A stretch of 64,000 nucleotides of DNA from Octopus sinensis (lineage: Eukaryota). Each line of letters starts with the position of its first letter. The stretch's first letter is position 1. The stretch covers positions 92,628,001 through 92,692,000 of the forward strand of contig NC_042997.1 in NCBI RefSeq assembly GCF_006345805.1, given 5' to 3'. A program made the position numbers and the translations under genes. This document shows positions 26,862 to 40,337 of this stretch, in pieces. The notes beneath the pieces are model-generated. The model did not search any database. It was given only the letters and a program-made list of their open reading frames with translations, and was not told the origin of the DNA.

Positions 26862-27088
26862 TCCTTATTGCCCACAAGAGGCTAAACATAGAGGGGACAA
26901 ACAAGGACAGGCAAAGGGATTAAGTCGATTAGATCGATCCCAATGCGTAACTGGTACTTATTTATCGACCCCCGAAAGGATGAAAGGCAAAGTCGACCTC
27001 GGCGGAATTTAAACTCAGAACGTAACGGCAGACGAAATACGGCTACGCATTTCGCCCGGCGTGCTAACGATTCTGCCAGCTCACCGCC
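26862..27088 (-). mobile_element. SINE-A, long-tail subtype with 11-bp TSD
   Basis: tgtatcttatt at 26851-61 and 27089-99. Confidence 0.9.
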
Positions 27089-27461
27089 TGTATCTTATTA
27101 TATCAACTGTCAGAATGAACGGCAAAGTTGACGTCGGCTGAGTTTTGAACGAAGACCCTTAAAAAGATGTAGCTAAATACCAAACACCATTTTGTCAAGC
27201 ACTTTACTGGTTTCGTAAGCTATTGTCGTTTTAACCTTTCCGAATATTACATTTAAGATGGCAGCAGTTATGTTCTGAATATACAGTACTTCATGTAATA
27301 CTTAGTTTCGAATCTATGCCTTTTGAGCCCAAGTCTCTTCAAATCAATTGAATCTTCTATCCGGCGAAAAGCCAATCTCAAAATATTAGTCTCTTCTACA
27401 TTTCACGATGTATTAACATACACGTCATTTACTTTTATTTTTAATACATTTGAAGATGAAA

Positions 27462-27707
27462 GGCGGCGATTTGGCAGAATCGTTAGCATGAAAAGTGACA
27501 AGCTGACAGAATCGTCAGAACGTTGGACAAATGCTTAGCGGCATTTCGTCCATCTTTACGTTCTGAATTCAAATTCCACCGAAGTCGAATTTACCTTTCA
27601 CCTTTTCGGGGGTCGATAAAATAAATACCGGTTGAGCAGTAAGGAGGTCGATGTAATCAAATTACTTTCCTTCCCCTAAATTGCTGGCATTGTGCCGAGA
27701 TTTGAAG
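27462..27707 (+). mobile_element. SINE-A with partial head duplication
   Basis: ggcggcgatttggcagaatcgttag followed by a second gcagaatcgt-like segment. Confidence 0.75.
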
Positions 27708-28003
27708 ATGATGCAACTTATCACTAAACATCTATTCTAGTTTTTATACCTGATTAACCCTTTAACATTGTGGAAATCGATAAAATGAGTAGCAGTAATA
27801 CATACTGTGTAAATTCTATTGCTGTAACTCTGCCTACCAGCTGACCACCCGCTCATATAAGAAACTCATATTACGAGTGCCTCTCCTTGGTTACTTGATT
27901 TGCTAGAAATGACAGCCAAATTTCCTTCCAATCACACTATATCGTCTTAAGAACTGTTACATTGATAATATAGTCCTAGATACATTGTAATGTAAAAATA
28001 TAA

Positions 28004-28322
28004 GGCACGAGTGTGGCTGTGTGGTAAGAAGCTTGCTTCCCAACCACAAGGTTCCAGGTTCAGTCCCACTGCGGGGCACCTTTTACTCTAGCCTCAGGCC
28101 AAACGAAGCCCTGTGAGCGGGTTTGATAGATTAAAACTGAAAGAAGCATGTCATGTGTGTGTGTGTATGTGTGAGTGTGTGTGCGCGCGCGCGCGTGTGT
28201 GTGTCTGTGTGTGCGTGCGTGCATGTGTGGCTGGCCTCCACCCCCGCTTGACAACTGGGATTGGTGTGATTACGTCCTCGTAACTTAGTGGTTCGGCAAT
28301 AGAGACTGATAGAATAAGTAAC
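28004..28322 (+). mobile_element. SINE-B
   Basis: gtgtggctgtgtggtaagaagc head, internal (TG)/(CG)n, tail to gatagaataagta. Confidence 0.8.
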
Positions 28323-28393
28323 AGGCGCCATATATATATATATACATATGAGCGTGTGTATGTGTGTATATGTGTGTGTGTGTGCGTGTGCGT

Positions 28394-28432
<39 letters not shown>

Positions 28433-28843
28433 TAAGTAGTGGAATCGATTCGCTTGACTAAAGTGCTTCCAGTCTAATGACTCAAAAGAGCAAAAGGTGA
28501 AAAATCATATATATATATATATGATCTTTCATCTTTTGCTCTTTTATATATATATATATATATATAAAGACAAAAAGGTAAGATGGTAATGACTTGAACG
28601 TTAGGGTTGAGGCTGAGATTATCTCATAGGCGTGCTTGAAAAGAGGTGACCTGGAGCTAAAGGAATAATAGCAGTAACAACAACTACAACCAATATCATA
28701 AATGTCCAGTAAACTCAAGTAGGTTGCTGGATTAACAGATGTTCTATCTTTCTATCATTACGCATTGTACGAATCATGCAAGAAAAGTTGATCTCTCTAT
28801 CCAGGCTATTTACTCTGGCTTGCCAAGAATTGATTCTCTAGAG

Positions 28844-29152
28844 CAGTGGTTCTCAGCCGGAGATCATATGGCCCCTGAGGGTCCATATAAGATTTTTGGG
28901 GTCTACACAATAAAATAGTAAATTGGGAATTTTTAAGGGTCCCAGAATAAATTTTGCTTTATATGTATGTATTGGTATGTATTGCAATAAACAACTAGGT
29001 TCCTCTCTCTGTTACTTTACATAGTTCAACCTAGACAAGTTAATGTATGAAAAGCAAAATAAGAATTTTGGAAGTTTCTTTAAATCTAGTTTTTAAACAT
29101 CGAATGGCTATGGGGGTCCACCAAAATGAAATAATAATCAAAGAGGTCCTTG
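28844..29152. mobile_element. hAT/Charlie-like MITE, right TIR eroded
   Basis: Starts cagtggttctcagccgg right after ctctagag (Charlie-type NTCTAGAN target); a ctttaga(g) copy lies at the right end, where SINE-A inserted. Confidence 0.5.
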
Positions 29153-29162
29153 CTTTAGATTA

Positions 29163-29400
29163 TACCTATTTCTTTACTACCCACAAGGGGCTAAACACAG
29201 AGATGGCATACAAGGACAGACAAACGGATTAAGTCGATTATATCGACCCCAGTGCGTAACTGGTGCTTATTTAGTCGACCCCGAAAGGATGAAAGGCAAA
29301 GTCGACCTCGGCGGAATTTGAACTCGGCAGACGAAATACCGCTAAGCATTTCGCCCGGCGTGCTAACGATTCTGCCAGCTCACCACCTTTCTACCAGCTC
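29163..29400 (-). mobile_element. SINE-A, long-tail subtype with 16-bp TSD
   Basis: gctttagattatacct (29152-67) and gctttagagtatacct (29401-16), 15/16 identical. Confidence 0.9.
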
Positions 29401-29447
29401 GCTTTAGAGTATACCTTCTTGCCAGAAACATGGTACCACATAACAAC

Positions 29448-29702
29448 CAGGGGTGGTGCTAGTTGGTGCGGGGCCCAATTACAGAATTGTCAGTAGGACC
29501 CTCTACTCTACAAGATTGAAGATTTGATGTTTTATGCTTTGTGTAGTACGCTAGCGAAGCCAAAAAGCATTGAGGACTTGAGGTTTCACCATTATCCACA
29601 ATGATATACTAAACATTCATCATAGCCTCTTCGCTGTGCACGGGACCTTCTTTGGTGCGGAGCCCAATTTGAACAAGTTTAATTGGCTTAAACCCGACCC
29701 TG
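29448..29702. mobile_element. Possible hAT-type MITE
   Basis: caggggtggtgcta...taaacccgaccctg imperfect TIR; internal repeat ggtgcgg(g/ag)cccaatt; TSD only 5/8. Confidence 0.35.
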
Positions 29703-30278
29703 ATGGTAACATTACATCTTACTCTTAATATTCGTCATGCAGTTATCATGTAAGCATATTTTATGCAAGGTTAAACTTGGAAATATCGTATTATGGATGC
29801 TGTTTGTCCCACATGTATTTTCTTAAATAATTACAAAGAAAATCATTAACAAATCTTCGTAAGAGCCTCTTAAGGTTATATCTACTTGTAATAGATTACA
29901 TTGGTATTACACCTTGTATCATTTCATGATGAAATCTAAAATATCAAAGTTGTGTCGCTGTTGGAGAGAGTGAGGGGAAAGAAGGGCGAACGTCCCAATG
30001 GAATTTCACTTCATAACAAACCACGATAAAGTTGAAATGATAAATTACGCGCACGCTCCTACGTACATACACACCCACGCACGTACACATCTGAACAATA
30101 CACGCACGCGCGTATCTAAGCGTCTGCGTGCATGTGTATATATACACACACACGTATGTATACATGCGTGTATGTGTGTGTGTGCGCGCGTGCATTCGCG
30201 CACAAAGTATATACACGACCATATACACATGAACACACAACCATGGATACACATAAACACACAACTATATTATATATA

Positions 30279-30349
<71 letters not shown>

Positions 30350-30528
30350 TATAATATATTCATACCACACACACACACATATATATATATATTCATAACA
30401 CACACACACACATATATATATTATAGTACACATAAAAATAGACTCACGCACACACACGTACACAAACACACGCACACACGTTAAAAAGCATGTGTGTGTG
30501 CGTGCGTGCGTGTGTGTGGTGTGTGTGT

Positions 30529-30564
<36 letters not shown>

Positions 30565-30889
30565 TGTGTTTGTGTGTGTCTGTGTTTGTGTGTGTGTGTG
30601 TGTGTTTTCAGTTTTAGGTATAACTTCGGTTCTGTATATGATGGAATCCTTCCTTCAAAAAGACTATTCAAAGAATTTATTACATCTTAAAAGATTGTTA
30701 ATTTTCAACATATCGCTCCTAATTATTATACAGAGCATAATGAATTTCTAAAGGTCTAGAAATATGCACTGTAGCACGTCTTCAGTCAAACCCTAAATTA
30801 CATTAGTTTCTGTAACCCATAACACTTCTGCAGAACGATATATCTTTACATTAGTTGTACTGGTTATACGCCGAAATATTGAAGTAGGA

Positions 30890-31108
30890 ATCCTTTCTCC
30901 TATAGGTACAAGGCTTGAAATGTTGGGAGAGGGGGTGGAATCTCAATTATATCGACACCACTTTTTTTATTAGTACTTAATTTATCGACGCCGAAAGGGG
31001 TGAAAAGCAAAGTCAACCTCGACGGGATTAGAACTCAAAACACTAAGACGGACGAAATGCCGCTAAGCATTTTTTCCGGCGTGCTAACGATTCTGCCAGC
31101 TCCCCGCC
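30890..31108 (-). mobile_element. SINE-A
   Basis: Body and head match other copies. Confidence 0.8.
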
Positions 31109-31550
31109 TTGTTTGAAGTAATAATAATTTTTTAAACAATTATAAAGTTTTTTTCTTCTTTTTTTTCTAAAGAACGACGGTAATGTAGGTGCATCAGCTT
31201 CCTAAATGCTTTTTCTAGATTAATTCTTACATAAATGGTATTAATATCATGAAAACGTAACTAAATTAATATTGAATTGAAAATTGTGGAATGACTTCAT
31301 AATAATCATGTGTACGCGCCACCATATATATACAAATACGCTCATAAACACATATATTGTGAGAATGAATATATATATGTGTGTGTGTATGTGTGTGTGT
31401 GCATCCGTGTGTGTTTGTGCGTTCGTGTGTGTGTGAGATCGTGGGTGTGTGCGTGTGAGATATATGTGTGTGTGCGTGTGTGAGATATATGTGTGTTTGT
31501 ATAAAATAATGTTTGTGGCTTATTAGCAATTTAAATTTGTCTTTAGGTTA

Positions 31551-31593
<43 letters not shown>

Positions 31594-31611
31594 ACGTGTG
31601 TATATGTTTGT

Positions 31612-32267
31612 GTGTCTGTGTTTGCCCCCCCCCCCCACATCGTTTGACAATCGATGCTGGTGTATGTCTATATAACTTAGCAGATTGGCAAAAGAGACCG
31701 ATAGAATAAGTACTAGGCTTACAAAGAATAAGTCCTGGGGTCGATTTGCTCGACTAAAGGCGATGCTCCAGCATGGCCGCTGTCAAGTAACTAAAACAAG
31801 CAAGTATGTATGTATGTATGTATGTATGTATGTATGTATGTATGTATGTATGTATGTATGTATGTATGTATGTATGTATGTATGTATTATAGTGGCTTCG
31901 TGATTCGAAGATTGTGATTTCGGTTCTTGGATTGGGCGATGTGTTGTGTTTTTGATCGAAACCCTTCATTTCACATTGCTCCAGTCCACTCAGCTGGCAA
32001 AAATGAGTAATCCTCCGAGAGACCTGTTTAGGGGTAAAATATATATATACGCATGGAAAACGGGAAACCGGTCTTATGAGTCTATGTCACACAGAAAGGA
32101 AATTTATTCCGTCTACCAAATCCAGTCACAAAGCTTTGGCAAGCCCGAGGCTATAGTAGAAAATGCTCGCCCAAGGTGCCACGCAGTGGGATTGAACCTG
32201 GAACCATGTTGTTGGGAAGCAAGCTTCTTACTACACTGCCAATCCTGCGCCTATGTATATATTATAT

Positions 32268-32311
<44 letters not shown>

Positions 32312-32530
32312 GTATGTGTGTGTATATGTGTATTTAGGTGTCTGTTGTTTTGTCTCTCCATGATCGCTTGACAACCGATGTTGGTGTATTTACGTCCCCG
32401 TAACATAGCGGTTCGGCAAAAGAGACCGATAGAATAAGTACTAAGTTTTCAAAGAATAAGTCCTACGGTTGTTTTGTTCGACTAAAGGCGTTGCTCCAGC
32501 ATGGCCGCAGTCAAATGACAAGAATAAAAG
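31612..32530. mobile_element. Cluster of SINE fragments: B tail (+) 31612-31803, C (+) 31892-32080, B head (-) 32095-32250, B tail (+) 32340-32530
   Basis: Each segment matches the corresponding part of intact copies. Confidence 0.75.
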
Positions 32531-32605
32531 AATATATATTTATATATTACCCTTTACCCTTATATATATTACCCTTTATAATTTTATATATATATGTATG
32601 TTTAC

Positions 32606-32645
<40 letters not shown>

Positions 32646-32786
32646 GCGTACATATATATATATACACATACATGCATACCTACATACATGCATTATACAC
32701 CACACACACACGTGTGTGTGTATATATGCATTATGTATGTATATATGTATGTATATATATATATATATAATATATATATATATATA

Positions 32787-32820
<34 letters not shown>

Positions 32821-33235
32821 ACATGTGTACATATGCGTGTGTACAGAAATACATACGATCATACACACACTCACACACACACACACACACACACACCACA
32901 CACACACACACGTAAATCTGAATCTCTCATCCTCTATATTCAGCAGGGATGGGGGAGATTTGATGAAAAAGGGAGAGAGAAGTGAGGAATAGAAGAATGA
33001 AATAAAAATGTTAAAATTTCATTGCCTCACTTCCTTCTTGGGAATGGGTGGAGATTATTTCACGTATAATCGGAATACAAATGAGGGGATTTCTCCCTTC
33101 TAAACATTCTATCTCCCTTCCTTTACCATTTATACTGAATAAGTTTTCTGTCCACAGATATTAAAAAGCAAACGACGGCTGTTCTTTGGGAATTAAAACT
33201 TACCACGGTGAAGATAAATTTGAGAAGTAGCAGCA

Positions 33236-33302
33236 ATGACACAAGTCAAATTGCAAGTACTTTACTTTGCCATGGTACATCTATTACTCCTCGTTTCCAA
33301 AG
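33236..33302 (+). CDS. First coding exon (signal peptide) of a secreted Ly6/uPAR three-finger (quiver/sleepless-like) protein
   Basis: ATG at 33236 (gcaATG) with an in-frame TGA 15 nt upstream. Encodes MTQVKLQVLYFAMVHLLLLVSK+G (hydrophobic core) and ends at a consensus phase-1 donor G|gtaagt (33303). An acceptor ttttctgtccacag (AG ends 33157) suggests the exon starts at 33158 after a non-coding exon. Confidence 0.75.
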
Positions 33303-33947
33303 GTAAGTGAAAAAACAAATTAATAAATACCCACACATATAAATAGATATGCGTGTACACATGTATGTATGTATGCGTGTATGTGTATGTATATATATAT
33401 AAATTATAATTTAGGGTTTTAGAGTCAAGTTTTGGCTGCTATTTCCAGCGTGGTGGTATCTCTTAGATACCCTAAATTATAATTTTAATAATAATTATAC
33501 ATTCATGAAGGTTTTTATTCCCTTGCTGGCCACCTGATAACATCGATATTTAATAACGATCTACCCTTATAATTATATATATATATATATATATATAGAA
33601 TATATATATATATATAATATATGTAATATATGTAAAATCAATTTAGCATTAAACTGAAGAATCACTCCATAGCTTTTGGTAAAGTGCATGTTTATGCAAC
33701 TTTTACGAGTAGAATGGCGATAATGACTATGAAGTATTGAAGTATGCACACACATATACACACACATACAGAAACACACACACACATGTATATGTATGTA
33801 TAGCATATATACAGACGTATATGCATATGTATAAATATCTGTTACGTGCGTGCGAGTGTGTGCATGTTTGTGTTTGGGCGTTGATATTAATGTACTTGCT
33901 TTTGTTTTTAATTCCAAGTTTTCCCTTTTTATTTACATGGTTGATAA

Positions 33948-34342
33948 TCCTTTCTGCTATAGGCACAAAGGGTGGAATTTGTGGGGAGGGGGACAGTTGA
34001 GTACGTCAACCCCAGTACCCAACTGGTACTTATTTCATCGACCTCGAAAAGATGAAAGGCAAAGTCGACCCCGGCGGTATTTGAACTCAGAACGTAGCGA
34101 CGGGTGAAATACCTATTTCTTTACTACCCAAAAGGGGCTAAATATAGAGGGGACAAACAAGGACAGACAAACGGATTAAGTCGATTATGTCGATCCCAGG
34201 GCGTAACTGGTACTTATTTAATCGACCCCGAAAGGATGAAAGGCAAAGTCGACCTCGGCGGAATTTGAACTCAGAACGTAACGGCAGACGAAATGTCGCT
34301 TAGCATTTCGCCCGGCGTGCTAACGTTTCTGCCAGCTCACCG
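33948..34342 (-). mobile_element. SINE-A single-headed dimer (second locus)
   Basis: Young long-tail copy 34108-34342 joined at gaaatacc (34106-13) to an older headless body. Confidence 0.85.
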
Positions 34343-34459
34343 ATAATAAGCTGTTGTATTGGCGGTTGTTAAATTGCATGAATAGATAAAATGCACGCTC
34401 ACACACCACACACACACATACGTGTGCATTTATGCATATACATAAATATATTTAACAAC

Positions 34460-34635
34460 GGGTACTCCGTGGGTTACGAGGACGGGGTTTCCAGTTGATC
34501 AGCTTGCACGTGAAATTAAGTGGGTGAGCACACCACTGACATGTGTGTACTCTTAACTTAGTTCTTAGGGAGATTTCACTGCGACAGTGTGTGACAAGGC
34601 CAGCCTTTTGAATTACAGGTACAACTCAGTTTTGC
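34460..34635 (-). mobile_element. SINE-C tail remnant
   Basis: Reverse complement of the 63300-63505 tail, diverged. Confidence 0.6.
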
Positions 34636-34706
34636 TAGCTGAATATATACATATACATACCACCACATATATATATGTGTATATATATGTGTATGTATAT
34701 ATATAT

Positions 34707-34755
<49 letters not shown>

Positions 34756-35185
34756 GCATACATTCACACTTACAGGTGTGCGTGCATGTATGCGCGCGTG
34801 TGTGTATGTATGTGTGTGTGTGTACGTGTGCGTCCGTATGTGTGTGTGTTAATGGACATAAACAAATGCAAAGAGAACGTTCTCATACGCACATATACAC
34901 GCACATATATACACATACATATACACGCACATATATATAAATACATACTCACACGCATATATACACGCATGCACACACACACACACACATATGCGTGCGC
35001 GTGCGCATTTGGGATTGTCAGTTTCTTTACAGTTTTGCAATAACATCAAGATCGACAAAAGACTGCAACAAAACACTGTCGAAGATGCGATGCGATGCGA
35101 CTGCAAATGAAAGCAAGTGGTTGTGATATGAACTTCATTGGCACACATCTATAAACAAATATCCGTATATGCATTTGGAAGAAAT

Positions 35186-35186
35186 C

Positions 35187-35258
<72 letters not shown>

Positions 35259-35264
35259 TAAAGG

Positions 35265-35313
<49 letters not shown>

Positions 35314-35381
35314 GGATAGATAGATGGATAGATAGATAGATAGATAGATAGAGATAGTAGATAGATAGATAGATATGAAGG

Positions 35382-35445
<64 letters not shown>
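35186..35445. repeat. (GATA)n tetranucleotide array
   Basis: Direct reading; other (GATA)n arrays at 17322-17395, 39660-39735 and 61820-61882. Confidence 0.95.
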
Positions 35446-35446
<1 letters not shown>

Positions 35447-35829
35447 CAAGACGTATGGCGGAGATGGAGAGGGAAAGAGGAAGGGACACTGTTGGCATTA
35501 TGTAAAGTGTTGCTTGAAACTAATTAACGGTGACGGAAGCAAACGTCGTACCACACACCCACGCTTGCACTTATATATATAATCAAAGTAAGCAATAAGA
35601 ATATCTTCGGTAATTTGGTACGATCGTTTCATGCTACATCATTTTATTAAACATTGTAAATATTACATCAGTTTTAAAATGTTGAGCAATCTTCAGCCAT
35701 TCATAGAGGTTTTCTATCAATACATATACTTATTTCCATGTCGATTGCTAACATTATAAAGAGGGTAGATATACAGACAGAGAGGTTGATTTTATTGTTA
35801 AGAACATTATAGTGTTATAATATAGAATT

Positions 35830-36361
35830 ATGGTAGGCCAGAATTAGTGCCCCAACTTTATGTGTCCCAATTATATGTGTCTATTAGTCCTGTAGTTTCT
35901 TGATGCATGCTGTTATCATTTCTACATGTCACTGATTATTCGACGTGTCGAATTTTGTGAGGGAATGCTGGCAGAAGCTAGAGATTCCAGATTTTTTGAT
36001 CGACTCATTTTCTCTGATGAAGTGACCTTCCATGTTTCCGGTCACATCGACCGCCATAACTACTTCTATTATTCAGAAGATAACCCTAGAGTGGTTTGGG
36101 AAAAGCCCGTCAATTCACCTTCTCTTGTCTTCAGGAATTTGTGCATTCTATATTCAACGATAGACGATGACTGGTGATTGTTACCTAGCGTTGTGTGAAA
36201 ACATCATCTGGCCGTATTTTCGATACCGTCATTCCAAAATCTTTGTGCAAGATGGACCACTTCCTCGTTATGACAAACATATAAGAAACTTACTCTATCA
36301 GCATCTACGAAATCGTTAAAATTTTCAAAAACTCAAGTTGGGGCACTAATTTTGGCCCACC
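35830..36361 (+). mobile_element. Internally deleted Tc1/mariner-superfamily element
   Basis: TIRs ggccagaattagtgccccaactt and aagttggggcactaattttggccc. Transposase remnants RRVEFC...IFSDEVTFHVSGHIDRHN...SEDNP and FVQDGP..R. Confidence 0.85.
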
Positions 36362-36367
36362 AAAAGC

Positions 36368-36495
36368 TCAGGTGTGATTGTGTGGTAAGAAGCTTGATTC
36401 CCAACCACGTAATTCCGGGTGTCTTCTACTATAGCCTCGGGCCGACCAAGGCCTTGTGAATGGATTTGGTAGACGGGAACTGGAAGAAACCTGCC

Positions 36496-36544
<49 letters not shown>

Positions 36545-36825
36545 TATATATATATTATATGTATATATATATGCTTGTATGTATATATATATATGTATTA
36601 TGTATGTATATGTCTATGTGTATATATCTTTGTGTCTGTGTTTGTCCTCCCATTACCGTTTGACAACCGGTGTTGGTGTGCTTACGTCCCCATAACGTAC
36701 CCGTTCGGCAAACAGGTCCGATAGAATAAGTACTAAGCTTAAAAATAATTAGTACGTGGGATGATTTGTTCGATTACAACCCTTCAAGGTTGCGTTCAAA
36801 TGACTGAAACAAGTAAAATAATAAA
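36368..36825 (+). mobile_element. SINE-B
   Basis: Head with small deletion, internal (TA)n, tail to ctgaaacaagtaaaa. Confidence 0.8.
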
Positions 36826-36828
36826 GGA

Positions 36829-36871
<43 letters not shown>

Positions 36872-37182
36872 AATATATATTTATATATCAACCAATTATA
36901 AAGAATACGGATAATTTATGCTTGTTATGACCATTAATGCTTAATTACTGCTTGATGAGGTTAACTGTAACCTGAAATATACAATATCCGCCTGGATGAT
37001 TTTATCCCTCTACATTCACACAATACGCGCGCGGGTGCACACACACACACACACAGAGGCAGGCAGGCATACATACATACATACATACATACATACATAC
37101 ATACATACATACATACATACATAGTACATACACACACACGTACACACAAACGCAGGCATACATACATACATACATACATACA

Positions 37183-37213
<31 letters not shown>

Positions 37214-38169
37214 GTATATGTATATATATATATACATATATAATTGAAAAGGAATAGGAGAATGGAGACTTATTCACATCCAGAAATTTTTATTAAAAAA
37301 GTTTTCTACAGCATATATAAGATTGAGCAGTATATGTTCCAATTTCAGCTATTATACATTGTTCCGTATGAAATTATGCATCCTAGTCGCTGCAATTTCA
37401 TCAAGGGCTTACGACGTTTTCGAAGTGAACTAATTCCAACAAGCTTCTTGCGTTGATATTCAGTTGAAGGCTATAGGGTTACTTTTTAAATCAAATTGAA
37501 ATCTGGTCTTATAATAACCTCTACTGGTATTACAGTTGAATCGTGGTTTATAAAATGTTCATACATATTACAATCAGTTGTAGCAGTTTTGCTTGCATTT
37601 TACTGTATGGGGTACACCATTTATTTAGAGATAATTCACTTAAGTTTGGGTTTATACCAGAGACGTGCTGTCTGGGTTGGTAGTGCCTGCTTTGAATAAA
37701 ATAGATCGATAGAGACATTTACCTTTTATGGCAAAATATACACCTAATTCAGTAAACTTATGAAGGTTACTCTGAACACCATGCATAAAATGCAAAATAT
37801 CTTATTTTTATGTATAATAATTTGCCCCTGCCTTTCAATCTCTGCATTTAAGCTACGCATAATACTGCTGTAGTACATGTGCTGCGTACATTTCTACAAC
37901 ACCGTTCTCTTTACGTACTATAAAGGCAGAAGCAAATCTGCCTTCAACTCAGTCGCGCGCCTGTGTTTCGCTTATTTTTTGTGTGTTTTACTACATAACG
38001 GTCACCAACTGCCTACCTTGAGTAATTACTGACGGCACGTGCCTGGTTTATACCCTCAATATTATTATTATTATTATTATCACTAAAATTATTTTAGTAT
38101 TATTTGCAAAAATATCATTAACTATCATAATCATTATGTTATCAAGTATAATTACTATAGATGGTAACT

Positions 38170-38820
38170 TATGCTTCTTTAACTCGTTTAAATGTATATT
38201 TAATCCAATGTGGACATCTCAAAGTCTGTTCCTGTCTAGTGTTTATAATAATATATTTAGAAAGAAAATTTGGTACATTTCCTCCACACAGAAATTTACC
38301 TCTATTATCGCCTATTCTATAAGGTTTTACTTTACTAATAATTTCCTAAGCAATCGAAAATACTTTTTTACTATCTTTAAGTGCCCAAATTAGCTTACTA
38401 AGGCTGGTAGAATTCATTTTGTCCCTATTTCTAAGCGAGCTTAAAAGTTTGGTAATTATCTGCTTAATATAACATAAGCTAGCTCCTATATAGAAATATT
38501 CTCTATCCTCTGAGGTTATCTTACATCAGTATACGATATTTTCATGTTTACAATCAGAGCCAAGCGAACAGACCCTGTACCTTGCACAATTGCAACTAAT
38601 AGTTCTAGTACTTCCATCACTATCATCCACTTCGCCTACTCTATATGTGATTTTTATATTCTCCTGTATGTCTTCTAAGCTATAATCCTCTCCACAGAGA
38701 CAACACTCTGAGGACTTTGCCCTCTAGGATTCATATCCACAACTGTTGAGCTCCCTCGGGTCTTTTCAACTCCATTGGTTGTCAAGATAGTTCCTATCTT
38801 GATACCCAGTTGTGTCACCG
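38170..38820 (-). mobile_element. Penelope-like element, GIY-YIG endonuclease remnant
   Basis: Minus strand ISCNCARYRVCSLGSDCKHENIVY*CKITSEDREYFYIGASL...STSLSKLIWALK...INTRQE..LRCPH: CNC-C-C linker, IVY/YIG motifs, ST.LS..IW.LK and terminal C.H typical of PLE endonucleases. Confidence 0.85.
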
Positions 38821-38843
38821 ACATACATACATTCACACACACA

Positions 38844-38883
<40 letters not shown>

Positions 38884-39384
38884 TATACAGACAGACAAGG
38901 ACACAAATACACATACACTTAGACACACACATACACACATCTCGACTGACATCACACTACTATGACGGTGGATTAATCGGAATTCTTTAAGGAGCGACCA
39001 AGATGCTTTTGCAATATATTGTTCTGGGTGTTTGAGTTCTCGCAGCAACACTTGAATCGAGCCAAGCTCCAATATCAGCTCCAATACAGAGTGACTTTTC
39101 TCTTGAATAAAAATCCGTTGCGTGACGAGCGAATACTGCATGAATTGCTGGTCTTTCTTACAAAGATTTTTGACAAGGCCTACGCGAAGATGTATAACCT
39201 ACAGTAAGTGGCAGTGTCCCTACAATGTGTACGTGTGTGTTGGTATGTGTATGAGCAAACAGGATCAAAAGAAAAGCCTTTCCCGAGCTATAGACTTATC
39301 AGGCCGAATTCCCTGATTTTATGGCGTGTGTAGAGTCTACGCCATCATAAACAAGACGTGGTCCATTAGAGAATTGCTCAATTT

Positions 39385-39518
39385 TACCAACTGAGCGGAG
39401 AGCAGCAACATGAAATGAAGTGTTTTGCTCAAAAACACAACGGATAGCCTGGTCCAAATACCGAAACAACAATCTGCCGATCATGAATGTAACACCTTAA
39501 CTACTAAGCCTCGCACCT
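39385..39518 (-). mobile_element. SINE-C head remnant
   Basis: gtgttttgctcaaaaacacaac and ccttaactactaagcctcgcacc. Confidence 0.65.
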
Positions 39519-39546
39519 ACACACACACACACACACACACACGCAT

Positions 39547-39581
<35 letters not shown>

Positions 39582-39661
39582 TACATACACATGCACTCAC
39601 TCAAACATACACACAGGCAGACAGACAGACAGACAGACGACAGACAGACAGACAGACAGAC

Positions 39662-39727
<66 letters not shown>

Positions 39728-39744
39728 GTAGATAGATATAAATG

Positions 39745-40273
39745 AGTGACTGTGTGGTAAGTAGCTGTGTTTGTGTATGTATATATGTGTATATGTTTGT
39801 GTGTGTGTGTGTGTGTATGTATGTATGCGTATATGTTTGTGTGTCTATATTTGCCCCTCCAACATCGCTTGACAACCGATGCTGGTGTGTATACGTCTCC
39901 GTAACTTAGCGGTTCGGCAAAAGAGACCGATACAATAAATACTAGGCTTACAAAGAATAAGCCCTGGGGTCCATTTGCTCGACTAATTGCGGTACTCCAG
40001 CATGGCCGCAGTCAAATGACTGAAACAAATAAAGGAATAAAAGAATATTATGTATTCTTTTATTCTTTTATTCCTTTATTTGCTCGTCATTTGGCTTTTG
40101 AAGCACCGCCTTTAAGGGTCTTTTAGTCGAACAAATCGACCCCAGGCCTTATTCTTTGTAGGCCCAAAACTTATTTTATCGGTCATTTTTGCCAAACCGC
40201 TAAGTTACGGGGACATAAACACACCAACATAGATTGTCAAGTGATGTGGGGGGGGGGGAGACAAACACAGACA

Positions 40274-40337
<64 letters not shown>

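Noticed and set aside
27300-27345. Hammerhead-like motif on minus (TTGAAGA...TTCGAAAC)
   Set aside because: Core C3 is missing, stem II is weak and there is no stem I.
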